In this document: piece after piece, positions 35,262 through 49,602 of the stretch
Layout: each line of letters begins with the position of its first letter
How positions within the stretch are numbered: position 1 is the first letter of the stretch
Source of the DNA: Candidatus Geohabitans tengchongensis
GTDB taxonomy: Bacteria > Sysuimicrobiota > Sysuimicrobiia > Sysuimicrobiales > Humicultoraceae
Assembly (NCBI GenBank): GCA_031459625.1
Contig: JAVKIH010000013.1
Coordinates: 23,009-76,401 of the forward strand
DNA length: 53,393 bases
Reading direction: 5' to 3'
Program-made: the position numbers and the translations under genes
Notes under the pieces: model-generated
Told to the model about the DNA's origin: nothing
The model's input: only the letters and a program-made list of their open reading frames with translations
Database searches by the model: none

Positions 35262-37604
35262 TCAGGGCGACGTCTCGACGACCATCCGGCGGGCGGCCTC
35301 CTGCAGGGGGCGGGTGGCCTCCTGCAGCAGGAGGCGCGCGTCCGCCTTCCCGTGCGCGCCAACCTCGAGCGGCGGGCCCACGCAGGAGGGGCACCCCGCG
35401 GCGCACGGACAGCCCGCCACCAGGTCGGCCGCAGCGGTGGCGAGCCGGTCGAGGAAGCGGAAGAGGCGTTCGGCCAGCCCGACCCCGCCCGGTGCCCGCT
35501 CGTACAGGTAGACGGTGGGCGCGCCGGTGTGCGGCGAGCGCACCTCCACCACCCGGCCCAGGTCCTGCGGGTCGCACATGAGCGCCAGCGGCGCCACGGC
35601 GAGCAGCACGTGGCCCAGGGCGGCCAGCGCGCCGTGCAGGCGGTCGGCGCTGCGCCACCGCAGTGCTTCAGGCGCCAGCCACACCCAGGCGGCGGTGGTG
35701 TGGAGCGTGGTCTCGGGCAGCGCGATCTTCCCCCACCCGACGTTCTCGTGGGTGAAGAGCTTGAGCTTCTTGTAGACGGTCGGCCGGAAGGTCAGGGCCA
35801 CCTCGCCGTGCGCCGCCTGGAGCGCGTCGGCGGTGCCCGCCGCGTGGGGCGCCGGCCCCGGCGTCCGCCCCGTGGTCGCCGCCTCGGTGAGCACGGCCAG
35901 GCGGACGGCGATCTCCGCCTGCGTGTAGTAGTCGACGTCCACGCGCCGCACGTAGGCCTTGCGCGCCTCCCAGTCGAGGCGGTCGACGTGGTGCTGGCGC
36001 CCCAGGTGAAGGTAGATCGCCCCCTCGTGCACCAGCCCCGGGGCCGAGGCCAGGTCCACCTCGCCGATGACGCGGGGCTGCGGGTCGGTGGTGTCGATGA
36101 CGACCACGTTCTCGGTGGAGGCGCTGCGCAGGCTCACCTCCTCGGCGGGGAAGGTCTCGGCGACGTAGTGCCAGCGGGTGCCGTCGTCGTGCACCATCCC
36201 CTGGGCGGCCAGGTGCTGCAGCAGCCGCAGCGGCGGCTCCGGCCCGAAGGGCTCGTCGTGTCCCAGCGGCAGCTCGAAGACGGCGCAGCGCAGGTGGCTG
36301 GCCAGCACCAGCGGGTTGTCGGGGTGGATCCAGGCCTCCTCGGGCGAGCGGCCGAAGAGGTACGCCGGGTGCGTGACGAGGTACTGGTCGAGCGGGTCGC
36401 TGGTGGCCACGAGGAAGGCGGCGGCCAGCTCCCCGGTGCGCCCGGCGCGGCCGATCTGCTGCCAGGTGGAGGCGATGGTGCCGGGGTAGCCGGCCAGCAC
36501 GGCGGCGCCCAGCTGCCCGATGTCGATCCCCAGCTCCAGGGCGTTGGTGCTGGCCACCGCCCGCACCGTCCCCTGGCGCAGGCCGCGCTCGATGGCCCGC
36601 CGCTCGGAGGGGAGGTAGCCGGCGCGGTAGCCGCGCACGCTCTCTGCCTCGCCGCCGCTGCGCGCGGCCAGGTCGCGCAGGTAGGCGGTGAGGAGCTCGG
36701 CGGCCAGGCGGCTGCGCGCGAAGACGATGGTGGGGACGCCTCCCGCCACGAGCTCCCGGGCCAGGTCCCGCACCTCCAGCAGCGTGTCGCGTCGGATGCC
36801 CAGCGCGCGGTTGACCACCGGCGGGTTGAGCAGGACGACGACGCGCGGGCCGGCGGGAGCGCCGTTGTCGTCGATCAGCGTGACGGGCGCTCCCACCAGC
36901 CGCCCGGCGTGTTCCTGCGGGTTGCCGATGGTGGCGCTGGTGCAGATGACCTGCGGGGCCGACCCGTAGAAGCGGCAGACGCGCCACAGGCGGCGCAGCA
37001 CGTTGGCCACGTGGCTGCCGAAGACCCCGCGGTAGTGGTGCACCTCGTCGATGACCACGTAGCGCAGCGACTCGAAGAGGCGCAGCCACTTCGTGTGGTG
37101 GGGGAGGATGGCGGTGTGCAGCATGTCCGGGTTCGTCACCACGACGTGTCCCGCGGCGCGGATGGCGCGCCGGGCCGGGGCGGGCGTGTCGCCGTCGTAG
37201 GTGAAGGTCGTGATGTCGGCGCCGGTGGCGGCGACGAGGGATTGCAGCTCGTCCACCTGGTCGGCGCCCAGCGCCTTGGTCGGGAAGAGGTAGAGCGCCC
37301 GGGTCTCGGGGGCTTTGAGGATGCGGTCGAGGACGGGCAGCGTGTAGCACAGCGTCTTGCCGCTGGCGGTGGGCGTGACCACCACCAGGTGCCGCCCCTC
37401 GGCGGCGGCGCGGTAGGCGGCGGCCTGGTGGGTGTAGAGGGTGGTGACCCCGCGGCGGCGCAGCCCCTCCACCAGGCGGGGGTGGAGGTCCTCGGGGAAG
37501 GGCGCGTAGCGGGCCCGGCGGGCGGGGAGCTCGTGCCAGGCGGTGATGCGGGCGGCGAACCGGGGGTCGTGGCGGAGGCGGTCGAGGAGCTGCTCCAGCG
37601 TCAT
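35262..37604 (-). CDS. mrfA: DEAH-box helicase with DUF1998 (YprA/MrfA-like)
   Basis: LYTHQ, TPTASGKT, PTKAL..DQ, DEVH.YRG.FGS, LELGIDIG, QQIGRAGR, C-terminal CPC..GCPSC. Confidence 0.92.
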   Translation of the reverse strand: MTLEQLLDRLRHDPRFAARITAWHELPARRARYAPFPEDLHPRLVEGLRRRGVTTLYTHQAAAYRAAAEGRHLVVVTPTASGKTLCYTLPVLDRILKAPETRALYLFPTKALGADQVDELQSLVAATGADITTFTYDGDTPAPARRAIRAAGHVVVTNPDMLHTAILPHHTKWLRLFESLRYVVIDEVHHYRGVFGSHVANVLRRLWRVCRFYGSAPQVICTSATIGNPQEHAGRLVGAPVTLIDDNGAPAGPRVVVLLNPPVVNRALGIRRDTLLEVRDLARELVAGGVPTIVFARSRLAAELLTAYLRDLAARSGGEAESVRGYRAGYLPSERRAIERGLRQGTVRAVASTNALELGIDIGQLGAAVLAGYPGTIASTWQQIGRAGRTGELAAAFLVATSDPLDQYLVTHPAYLFGRSPEEAWIHPDNPLVLASHLRCAVFELPLGHDEPFGPEPPLRLLQHLAAQGMVHDDGTRWHYVAETFPAEEVSLRSASTENVVVIDTTDPQPRVIGEVDLASAPGLVHEGAIYLHLGRQHHVDRLDWEARKAYVRRVDVDYYTQAEIAVRLAVLTEAATTGRTPGPAPHAAGTADALQAAHGEVALTFRPTVYKKLKLFTHENVGWGKIALPETTLHTTAAWVWLAPEALRWRSADRLHGALAALGHVLLAVAPLALMCDPQDLGRVVEVRSPHTGAPTVYLYERAPGGVGLAERLFRFLDRLATAAADLVAGCPCAAGCPSCVGPPLEVGAHGKADARLLLQEATRPLQEAARRMVVETSP

Positions 37605-37629
37605 GGGCGGCCTCCAAGACGAGTGGGAT

Positions 37630-37643
37630 CGAACTGGTGTTCG
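37630..37643. promoter_or_regulatory. LexA SOS box, Gram-positive type
   Basis: CGAAC-TGGT-GTTCG, 25 bp upstream of the mrfA-like ATG. Confidence 0.8.
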
Positions 37644-37689
37644 CTATCGTGCCGATGAAGTCCTTCCCGGGACGCCCGGAGGCATCAGG

Positions 37690-37730
37690 AAGGAGAAAGA
37701 CGCCGGGCCGGAGCGTGCTCCGGCCCGGCG
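37690..37730 (-). terminator. Rho-independent terminator
   Basis: 14-bp perfect inverted repeat 37701-37714/37717-37730 followed on the minus strand by TCTTTCTCCTT. Confidence 0.8.
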
Positions 37731-37766
37731 ACACAAACGGCTGGCGAGCGGGTCCCGTTGGAGGCC

Positions 37767-38003
37767 TCAGGCTCCCGCCGCCGCCTCGGCGGCCGGCATG
37801 CGCGGGCGGCGGCCCCGCCGGCCGCGAGCCCGGACGACGGTGCGGCGCCTGCGGGGGCGTCCCGGTCGCCGTCCTCGCCGGCGCGTGGGACGGCCTTCGC
37901 CGGCCAGCGCGTTGAGGATCTCCGCCGCATCCTGCGGCGACTCCGCCATGACCTCCGCACGACGCTGTCCACGACCGCCGAATACCGTGATCGCGATGCG
38001 CAA
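37767..38003 (-). CDS. small Arg-rich hypothetical protein (78 aa)
   Basis: TTG start with strong AAGGAGGG SD, downstream terminator, AT-rich upstream region; 22 Arg, no Lys. Confidence 0.7.
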   Translation of the reverse strand: MRIAITVFGGRGQRRAEVMAESPQDAAEILNALAGEGRPTRRRGRRPGRPRRRRTVVRARGRRGRRPRMPAAEAAAGA

Positions 38004-38222
38004 TGTCCACCCTCCTTTTGTGCTATGACATGGCGACCACTATGACAGCCATTATCTTGACCGTGACACACGAAACTTGCAAGATGCGCCAGGGAGTTTT
38101 TTCCTCAAAAATGCAGTCACGGACGATACATCCAGCACGTGATGAGACATGCGCGTCGCGCAGGACGATGGGTGTGCACGTCAATGGTGCGTTCACGACC
38201 CCGACGTGAGGAGGAGACCACC

Positions 38223-38609
38223 GTGGAGATCACGCGCGTCGACCCGGCCGCGGCTGCGCCGGCGGCCCACCCGGAGTACTTCGACGGTGCCGTGCACATG
38301 CAACCGCTCTACGTTCCCGACCGCGACGGCGAGGAGTCGGAGCTCGTGGCCGTCTTCTTTGCGCCCGGGGCCCGCACACGTCCGCACGTGCACGACAGCG
38401 CGCAGGTCCTCCACGTGCTCTCCGGGTCGTGCGTGGTCGCCGACGAGACCGGCCGGCAGGTCGTGCCGGCCGGGCACCTGGTGGTGGTCCCGCGCGGCGT
38501 CTGGCACTGGCACGGGGCCACCGCCGACGGTCCGATGGTGCACATCTCCATCAAGCTGCCCGGGCGCACGCGCTGGGACGTCCCGGAGCGCGACTGGGCG
38601 GCCCGTTGA
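38223..38609 (+). CDS. cupin domain protein
   Basis: VFFAPGARTRPHVH..Q.L.V..G; WHWHGA...M.H; GAGGAGGAG SD. Confidence 0.9.
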   Translation: MEITRVDPAAAAPAAHPEYFDGAVHMQPLYVPDRDGEESELVAVFFAPGARTRPHVHDSAQVLHVLSGSCVVADETGRQVVPAGHLVVVPRGVWHWHGATADGPMVHISIKLPGRTRWDVPERDWAAR

Positions 38610-38672
38610 GCCGACGGGCGGCACCGGACGGACATCCACGGGCGGGTGCCGGCGCGGGGCTATAATGGGGCG

Positions 38673-43001
<4,329 letters not shown>

Positions 43002-43029
43002 AGCGCAGGGGGAGGGAGGCGCGGGGGAG

Positions 43030-44448
43030 ATGAGGGAGGCTCCCCACCGGCAAGGCCTCGAATGGCTCGTCGGCGGCTGTGCCCGTCGGGTCGGGGACTG
43101 CGCCTGTCGGACCGCGCCGGGCCTGTGGCTGGCCGCGCTCCTCGCAGTCTTCCTCCTGTCGGCCGTCCTGCTGCCCGCGGCCCCGGCGCGGAGCCAGAGC
43201 CGGCCGGGCGGGCCTTACCGCGAGGTCCTCCCCAACGGGCTGACGCTCATCGTGCAGGAGCAGCGCACCAGCCCGCTCGTGGCCGTCCAGGCGTGGGTGC
43301 GGGCGGGTTCCCGCGACGAGGACGACGAGACCAACGGGGCGGCCCACTTCGTCGAGCACATGCTCTTCAAGGGCACGGCGCGGCGGAAGGTGGGGGAGAT
43401 CGACCGCGAGGTGGCGGAGGTGGGCGGCCAGATCAACGCCTCCACCTTCTTCGACTACACCCAGTACTGGCTGGTGGCCGCCGGCCGCTTCTTCGAGCGC
43501 CTGATCGACCTGCAGGCCGACGCGCTGCGCCACTCCAGCTTCGATGCGGCGGAAGTGGAGCGGGAGCGGCAGGTCATCATCGAGGAGCTGAACCGCCGCG
43601 AGGACTCCCCGTTCGTGCGCACCTTCGACCGGCTCTACACCACGGCCTTCACCGTCCACCCCTACCGCCGGCCCATCGGCGGGAACCGCGAGGTCATCCG
43701 CCGCATGAGCCGCGAGGCGCTTTTGGCCTTCTACCGCCGGTACTACGTCCCGTCCAACGTGACCATCGTCGTCGCCGGGGACGTGGCCACCGCCGACGCC
43801 GTGCGGGTGCTGCGGCGGGCCTACGCCTCCTGGCGCGGTCCGCGCCCCGACCGTCCCGCTGTCCCCCCCGAGCCGCCGTGGACGGGGGTGCGGCGCGCCG
43901 TGGTCGAGCAGGACGTGCGCGCCGCCTACCTCCACCTGGGCTGGCTCGCCCCGGCGGCGCGCGACCCCGACCTGGCCGCCATGGACGTCCTCGTCTACGC
44001 GCTGGGACAGGGGCGCGGCGCCCGCCTCCTGCAGGCGCTGCGCGACCGGCGGCGCGTGGCCCAGAGCGTGAGCGCCTTCTTCCCCACCGCCCAGGACCCG
44101 ACGCTCGTGAGCCTCTACGTCGTCACGGAGCCCGAGCTGGCGGCCGAGGCGGAGCGGGCGCTGCTGGAGGAGGTGGCGGCGGTGCGCGACGGGGACGTGA
44201 GCGAAGAGGAGGTGGCGCGGGCGCGGGCGCTGCTCGAGGGGGAGACGCTGCGGAGCCGCCACACCAGCCGCGGGCTGGCCACCACCCTGGGCTTCTACGC
44301 CACCGTGGCCGAATTGGAGGTGGGGCTCGGCTACGTGGAGCGGGTGCGGGCCGTCACCCGCGCCGACGTCCAGCGCGTCGCCCGCCGCTTCCTCGACCCG
44401 GGCCGCTACGCCGCCGTGCTGGTCCGCCCGCGCCCCTCCGCGCCGTGA
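43030..44448 (+). CDS. M16 family zinc peptidase, catalytic subunit
   Basis: LPNGL, AGSRDE, AHFVEHMLFKG (HxxEH), NAST; signal-like segment; start uncertain. Confidence 0.92.
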   Translation: MREAPHRQGLEWLVGGCARRVGDCACRTAPGLWLAALLAVFLLSAVLLPAAPARSQSRPGGPYREVLPNGLTLIVQEQRTSPLVAVQAWVRAGSRDEDDETNGAAHFVEHMLFKGTARRKVGEIDREVAEVGGQINASTFFDYTQYWLVAAGRFFERLIDLQADALRHSSFDAAEVERERQVIIEELNRREDSPFVRTFDRLYTTAFTVHPYRRPIGGNREVIRRMSREALLAFYRRYYVPSNVTIVVAGDVATADAVRVLRRAYASWRGPRPDRPAVPPEPPWTGVRRAVVEQDVRAAYLHLGWLAPAARDPDLAAMDVLVYALGQGRGARLLQALRDRRRVAQSVSAFFPTAQDPTLVSLYVVTEPELAAEAERALLEEVAAVRDGDVSEEEVARARALLEGETLRSRHTSRGLATTLGFYATVAELEVGLGYVERVRAVTRADVQRVARRFLDPGRYAAVLVRPRPSAP

Positions 44449-45911
44449 GCGCCCGCCGCTCCGGCACCCTCGTCGTCCTCCTCGCCCTCCTCGCGGTCGC
44501 CCTGGCGGTGCCGCCATCGCCGCCCGCTGTGGCCCGGGCGCCGGCGGCCCCGTCCACGGCCGCCGGGCCCGGCGCCGTCCCGGTCGTCCGGTACGTCCTG
44601 CCCAACGGACTGCGCCTGCTCGTCCGACCGCTGGCCGGCTCCGGGCTCGCCGCCGTCTCCCTGCTGGTGGGGGCCAGCTCGCGTGCCGAGGAGGCGTCCC
44701 AGGCCGGGGTGGCGGTCTTCACCCGCGAGGTGATGCTCCGCGGGACCGCGGCCCGCACCGGCGCCGAGATCGCGCTGGCGCTCGAGTCGCTGGGCGGGAC
44801 GCTGCGCGTGGGGACGACCGCCGACTACACCCAGCTGGCCGTGATCGTCCCGGCGCGGCGGCTGGCGGCGGCGCTGGACATCCTGGCCGAGCTCGTCACG
44901 CAGCCGCGCTTCGACCCGCAGGACGTGGAGGCGCAGCGCCGCCTCACGCTGGCGCGCATCCGCGCCGCCGCCGACGACGCCGCGACCCGCGCCTTCGACC
45001 TCCTCCTGGCCCAGCTCTACCCCTACCACCCCTACGGCCGGCCGCTGCTCGGCACGCCCGAGACGGTCACCGCCCTCACCCGCGAGGCGCTCGTGGCCTT
45101 CCACCGGGCCACCTACACCGGCCCCAACATGGTGCTCACCGTGGCCGGCGACGTGGAGGCCGCCCCTGTGGCCGCCCGCGTGCGCCGCGCCTTCGCCGCC
45201 GTGCCGGCCGACCCGCCTCCCGCGAGGCTGCGCCTGCTGCGTGCCGTCGAGGCGGCGCTGGCGCCCCGCCCGACAGCGCCGGCGGAAGTGCGGGAGAGCC
45301 GCGGCGTGGCGGCGGGGTGGGTGAGCGTGGGCTACCTGGGGGCGCGGCTCGGGCACGCCGACTGGCCCGCCCTGCGCGTCCTGGCCGCCCTGCTCGGCAC
45401 CCGGCTCTTCGCCGAGATCCGCGACCGGCAGGGCCTGGCCTACGTCGTGGGGGCCTCCTTCGCCTCGCGCGCCGGACCCGGGCCCTTCCTGCTGGCGGCG
45501 GGCGCGGAGGGCGCCAACCTCCCCCGGGTGGTGGAGGGGCTGCTGCAGGAGGTCCGCCGCGTGCAGGAGACCGCCCCGCCGGCGGACGAGGTGGAGCGGG
45601 CGCGCAACCGGGTCATCGGCGCGCTGGCCATCGAGCGGGAGGACCTGGCGGGGCAGGCCTTCGCCCTGGGCTGGCTGGAGCTGCTCGGTCTGGGCGCGGC
45701 AGCCGACGCCCGCCTCCCCGACCTGGTCGGGCGGGTCGCGCCCGCCGACGTCCAGCGGGTCGCCCGCCGCTACCTGGCCGTCCCCACCATCGCGATGATC
45801 GTGCCGGCTCCGCGATTGGGTGCCGCCGGGCAACGGACCCCCGGCCGGCCCGGTCAGGGGCGGGCGACCGAGTCCGGGGCCGACCGCCCCGCGGCCCTTC
45901 GCCCCCGCTGA
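44445..45911 (+). CDS. M16 family peptidase, non-catalytic subunit
   Basis: LPNGL, HPYGRP..G, RLF.EIRDRQGLAY; no HxxEH; signal peptide; GTGA overlap. Confidence 0.88.
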   Translation: MSARRSGTLVVLLALLAVALAVPPSPPAVARAPAAPSTAAGPGAVPVVRYVLPNGLRLLVRPLAGSGLAAVSLLVGASSRAEEASQAGVAVFTREVMLRGTAARTGAEIALALESLGGTLRVGTTADYTQLAVIVPARRLAAALDILAELVTQPRFDPQDVEAQRRLTLARIRAAADDAATRAFDLLLAQLYPYHPYGRPLLGTPETVTALTREALVAFHRATYTGPNMVLTVAGDVEAAPVAARVRRAFAAVPADPPPARLRLLRAVEAALAPRPTAPAEVRESRGVAAGWVSVGYLGARLGHADWPALRVLAALLGTRLFAEIRDRQGLAYVVGASFASRAGPGPFLLAAGAEGANLPRVVEGLLQEVRRVQETAPPADEVERARNRVIGALAIEREDLAGQAFALGWLELLGLGAAADARLPDLVGRVAPADVQRVARRYLAVPTIAMIVPAPRLGAAGQRTPGRPGQGRATESGADRPAALRPR

Positions 45912-45939
45912 GACCGTGGGGGCGGAGGCGGGCGCGCGC

Positions 45940-47454
45940 ATGGTGCAGGAGGTGGGAAGGCCCGGAGGGGCGCCGGGGAGCGGCCCTGCGGTCCTGGCGC
46001 TGGACGTCGGCACCTCCACGGCCCGCGCCCTCCTCTACGACCGCCGGGGCGTGCGGCAGCCCGACGTGCAGGCCTCCACCACCCTCGCCTGGTCGGCGGT
46101 GGACGGCGGCTTCGAGGCCGCCGCCGAGGACCTGGCCGGTACGATCGAATCCCTCCTCGACCAGGCCGTGGCGCGCCTGCGCGCGGCCGGGCGCGCCGTC
46201 GACGCGGTGGCGGTGGCCACGTTCTGGCACAGCCTCCTGGGCGTGGACGCCGACGGCCGCCCCGTCACCCCGGTCATCCCCTGGATGGACGGCCGCAGTG
46301 CGGCCACGGTGCGCCGCCTGCGCGCACAGGTGGACGAGCGCGCCCTCCACGCCCGCACCGGCGCGCGCCTCCACCCTTCCTACCCGCTGGCCAGGATCCG
46401 CTGGCTGACGGAGTCGCGCCCGCAGGACGCCGCGCGCGTGCGCCGGTGGCTGGCCTTCCCCGAGTACCTCCTCCTGCGCTGGTTCGGGCGCACCCACGCG
46501 CACCTGAGCATGGCCTCCGGCACCGGGTTGCTGGACCAGCGCACCCGCCAGTGGGACCCGGAGGCACTGGCGCTGGCCGGGGTACACCCGGACGCGCTCC
46601 CATCCCTCGCCGACACGCCGGCGCCCGCGAGCGGCCTGCGGGAGTCCTACGCCTCGCGGTGGCCGCCGCTGGCCCGCTGCCCCTGGTACGGGCCCTTTGG
46701 CGACGGCGGGACGGGGAACGTGGGGGTGGGGTGCCTGGAGCGCGGGCGCGTGGCCGTGATGGTGGGGACCTCGGGGGCGATGCGCGTGGCCTGGCGCGGG
46801 GAGCCGGCCACGCCCCCCTGGGGGTTGTGGACCTACCGCATCGACGGCAACCGCCCGGTGATGGGCGGGGCGCTCAGCAACGGCGGCAACCTCTTCGCCT
46901 GGGCGCGGCAGGTGCTGGACCTTGAGCCCGACGACGTGCGGCTGCAGATGGCCCTGGCCGAGGTCCCGCCCGACGGGCACGGCCTCACCGTGCTCCCCTT
47001 CTGGGCGGGCGAGCGCAGCCCTGACTACCCGGAGGAGGCGCGCGGGTGGCTGGTGGGCTTCGGCCTGGAGACCACGCCGGTGCAGGTCCTGCGCGCGCTG
47101 ATGGAGGCGGTGGCCTACCGCTTCGGCGTCCTCTACCGCCTGCTGCAGCCGCACCTGCCGCCGCTGCACCGCATCGTGGCCACGGGGCAGGCGCTGCTGC
47201 GCTCGGCGGTGTGGACCCAGATCCTGGCCGACGTGCTGGGGCAGGCGGTGGACCTGGTGGACGTCCAGGAGGCCAGCGCCCGCGGCGCGGCGCTGCTGGC
47301 GCTGGAGGCGCTGGGGCAGGGCGACCCCATCGCCACCCCGCCGGCGGTGGTGCGCACCATCAAGCCCGGCCCGGCCGCCGCTGCCTACCGCGAGGCGCTG
47401 GCGCGCCACGAGCGGCTCTACGCGCACGTGCTCGCCGGTGGCCCCACGGCGTAG
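45940..47454 (+). CDS. FGGY family carbohydrate kinase (gluconokinase-like)
   Basis: DVGTST.RA, WHSL, W.D.RS, ASGTGL, GTSGAMR, GGALSNGG, GERSP. Confidence 0.88.
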   Translation: MVQEVGRPGGAPGSGPAVLALDVGTSTARALLYDRRGVRQPDVQASTTLAWSAVDGGFEAAAEDLAGTIESLLDQAVARLRAAGRAVDAVAVATFWHSLLGVDADGRPVTPVIPWMDGRSAATVRRLRAQVDERALHARTGARLHPSYPLARIRWLTESRPQDAARVRRWLAFPEYLLLRWFGRTHAHLSMASGTGLLDQRTRQWDPEALALAGVHPDALPSLADTPAPASGLRESYASRWPPLARCPWYGPFGDGGTGNVGVGCLERGRVAVMVGTSGAMRVAWRGEPATPPWGLWTYRIDGNRPVMGGALSNGGNLFAWARQVLDLEPDDVRLQMALAEVPPDGHGLTVLPFWAGERSPDYPEEARGWLVGFGLETTPVQVLRALMEAVAYRFGVLYRLLQPHLPPLHRIVATGQALLRSAVWTQILADVLGQAVDLVDVQEASARGAALLALEALGQGDPIATPPAVVRTIKPGPAAAAYREALARHERLYAHVLAGGPTA

Positions 47455-47546
47455 CCCTGTCCGGGGCGTGTCGCCGGCGCGTCGAGGAGGGGATCGCGGG
47501 GGCGCCTGCCAATTCCCCCCGCGAGAACGGGGGGTGAGGGTCGGCG

Positions 47547-48875
47547 ATGATCTGGAACCCCGAGATGGAGACCATGCCGCGCGAGGACCTGCGCGCCCTG
47601 CAGCTCCGCCGCCTCCAGCAGGTGGTCGAGCGGGTCTACGCCCGCGTCGACGTCTACCGCCGCCGCTTCGACGAGGCCGGGGTGCGCCCCGAGCAGGTGC
47701 GCACGCTGGACGACCTGCGCCGCCTGCCGTTCACCACCAAACGCGACTTCCGCGACACCTACCCCTTCGGCCTCTTCGCCGTGCCGGTCAGCGAGACCGT
47801 GCGCATCCACGCCTCGTCCGGCACGACCGGCAAACCCACCGTGGTGGGGTACACGCGCGGCGACATCGCCGTCTGGGCTGAGGTGTGCGCCCGGTGCCTG
47901 GCGGCGTCGGGCGCGCGGCCCGGCGACGTCTTCCAGAACGCCTACGGCTACGGCCTCTTCACCGGCGGCCTGGGGATGCACTACGGCGCCGAGCTGCTCG
48001 GGCTGTGCACCATCCCCGTCTCCGGGGGCAACACCGAGCGGCAGATCCTGCTGCTGCAGGACTTCGGGCCGCGCATCATCGCCTGCACCCCCACCTACGC
48101 GCTGACGCTGGCCGAGGCGCTGCGGGCCCGGGGCATCGCTCCCGGCACGCTGCCGCTGCGCTACGGAGTGCTGGGCGCGGAGCCCTGGACCGAGGAGATG
48201 CGGGCGGCCATCGAGGCCGGGCTCGGGATCACCGCCGTGAACATCTACGGCCTCAGCGAGGTCATCGGCCCCGGGGTCAGCAACGAGTGCGTCGAGGAGC
48301 AGCGGGGGGCCCACATCTTCGAGGACCACTTCCTCGTGGAGGTGGTCGATCCCCGGACCGGCGAGCCGCTGCCGCCCGGGGAGCGGGGGGAGCTCGTCTT
48401 CACCACGCTGACGAAGGAGGCCGTCCCGGTGATCCGCTACCGCACCGGCGACCTGGCCTGGCTCATCGACGAGCCCTGCCGCTGCGGCCGCACCCACGTG
48501 CGCATGAGCCGGGTGGTGGGACGCACCGACGACATGCTCATCATCCGCGGCATCAACGTCTTCCCCTCCCAGGTGGAGGCGGCGCTCGGCACCGTCCCCG
48601 ACCTGACGCCCCACTACCGCCTGGTGGTGACGCGCGACACGCTGGACGAGCTGGAAGTCCAGGTGGAGGTCGGCGAGGCCTTCCTGCAGCGGGCCGGCGG
48701 CGCGCTGGCCCCCGAGGCGCCGGCGGTCCAGGCGCTGCGCCGCCGGGTGGAGGAGACGCTGTTCGGCGTGCTGGCCCTGCACACTCGCGTGACGCTCATG
48801 CCGCCCGGGACGCTGCCGCGCAGCGAGGGGGGCAAGCTGCGCCGGGTGGACGACCGCCGGGGCCGCATCGCGTGA
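47547..48875 (+). CDS. paaK: phenylacetate-CoA ligase
   Basis: [58 protein letters not shown]. Confidence 0.93.
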   Translation: MIWNPEMETMPREDLRALQLRRLQQVVERVYARVDVYRRRFDEAGVRPEQVRTLDDLRRLPFTTKRDFRDTYPFGLFAVPVSETVRIHASSGTTGKPTVVGYTRGDIAVWAEVCARCLAASGARPGDVFQNAYGYGLFTGGLGMHYGAELLGLCTIPVSGGNTERQILLLQDFGPRIIACTPTYALTLAEALRARGIAPGTLPLRYGVLGAEPWTEEMRAAIEAGLGITAVNIYGLSEVIGPGVSNECVEEQRGAHIFEDHFLVEVVDPRTGEPLPPGERGELVFTTLTKEAVPVIRYRTGDLAWLIDEPCRCGRTHVRMSRVVGRTDDMLIIRGINVFPSQVEAALGTVPDLTPHYRLVVTRDTLDELEVQVEVGEAFLQRAGGALAPEAPAVQALRRRVEETLFGVLALHTRVTLMPPGTLPRSEGGKLRRVDDRRGRIA

Positions 48876-48912
48876 TCCAGTCCCGGGCGGCACACCCGCG
48901 GGGAGGCCTCCC

Positions 48913-49521
48913 GTGACCGCCCTGCGTCGGGTCTGCGTCTTCTGCGGCTCCTCCGCGGGGGTGCGGCCGGCCTACGCGGCGGCGGCCCGCGCGCTGGGAG
49001 CGCTGCTGGCCCGCCGCGGGCTCGGGCTCGTCTACGGCGGCGGGCGCGTGGGGATGATGGGGGTCCTGGCCGACGCCGTGCTCGCCCACGGCGGCGAGGT
49101 CACCGGCGTCATCCCGCGCCACCTGGTGGAGCGCGAGGTGGCCCACGACGGCGTGAGCACGCTGCACGTGGTCACCACGATGCACGAGCGCAAGGCGCGC
49201 ATGGTGGAGCTGGCCGACGCTTTCATCGCCCTGCCGGGCGGCGTGGGGACGCTGGAGGAGCTGTTCGAGGTGTGGGCCTGGGCGCAGTTGGGCCTGCACG
49301 CCAAGCCCTGCGGCGTGCTGAACGTCGACGGATACTACGACACCCTGCAGGCGCACGTGGCCCGCATGGTGGCGGAGGGGTTCCTGCGGCCCGAGCACGG
49401 CGCCATGGTGGTCTTCGCCGACGACCCTGAAGTGCTGCTGGACCGGTTCGCCGACTACGTCCCCCCGCCAGAGCGGTGGCCCTCCCGCCTCTCCCCGGAA
49501 CGCCCGGGGGCTGGAGGTTAG
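48913..49521 (+). CDS. LOG family (TIGR00730) nucleotide phosphoribohydrolase
   Basis: [28 protein letters not shown]. Confidence 0.93.
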   Translation: MTALRRVCVFCGSSAGVRPAYAAAARALGALLARRGLGLVYGGGRVGMMGVLADAVLAHGGEVTGVIPRHLVEREVAHDGVSTLHVVTTMHERKARMVELADAFIALPGGVGTLEELFEVWAWAQLGLHAKPCGVLNVDGYYDTLQAHVARMVAEGFLRPEHGAMVVFADDPEVLLDRFADYVPPPERWPSRLSPERPGAGG

Positions 49522-49602
49522 CCCAGGTCCCTGCGCCACTGCACGTCCGCCCCCGCAATTCGCCGGGCGCCGGCCGATGGTAGAGTATGGGTTGAAGCAG
49601 CC

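Noticed and set aside
35262..37604. DUF1998 helicase as DISARM or Druantia defence
   Set aside because: It is a single ~780-aa protein paired with a YprB-like exonuclease and an SOS box; no methylase or drm/dru partners.
43030..45911. M16 pair as PqqF/G or a RiPP-processing system
   Set aside because: No pqq genes, radical SAM enzyme or precursor peptide nearby; both carry export-like signals.
48913..49521. LOG protein as a SLOG-type defence component near cas
   Set aside because: Canonical stand-alone TIGR00730 protein with host-like codons, following paaK.
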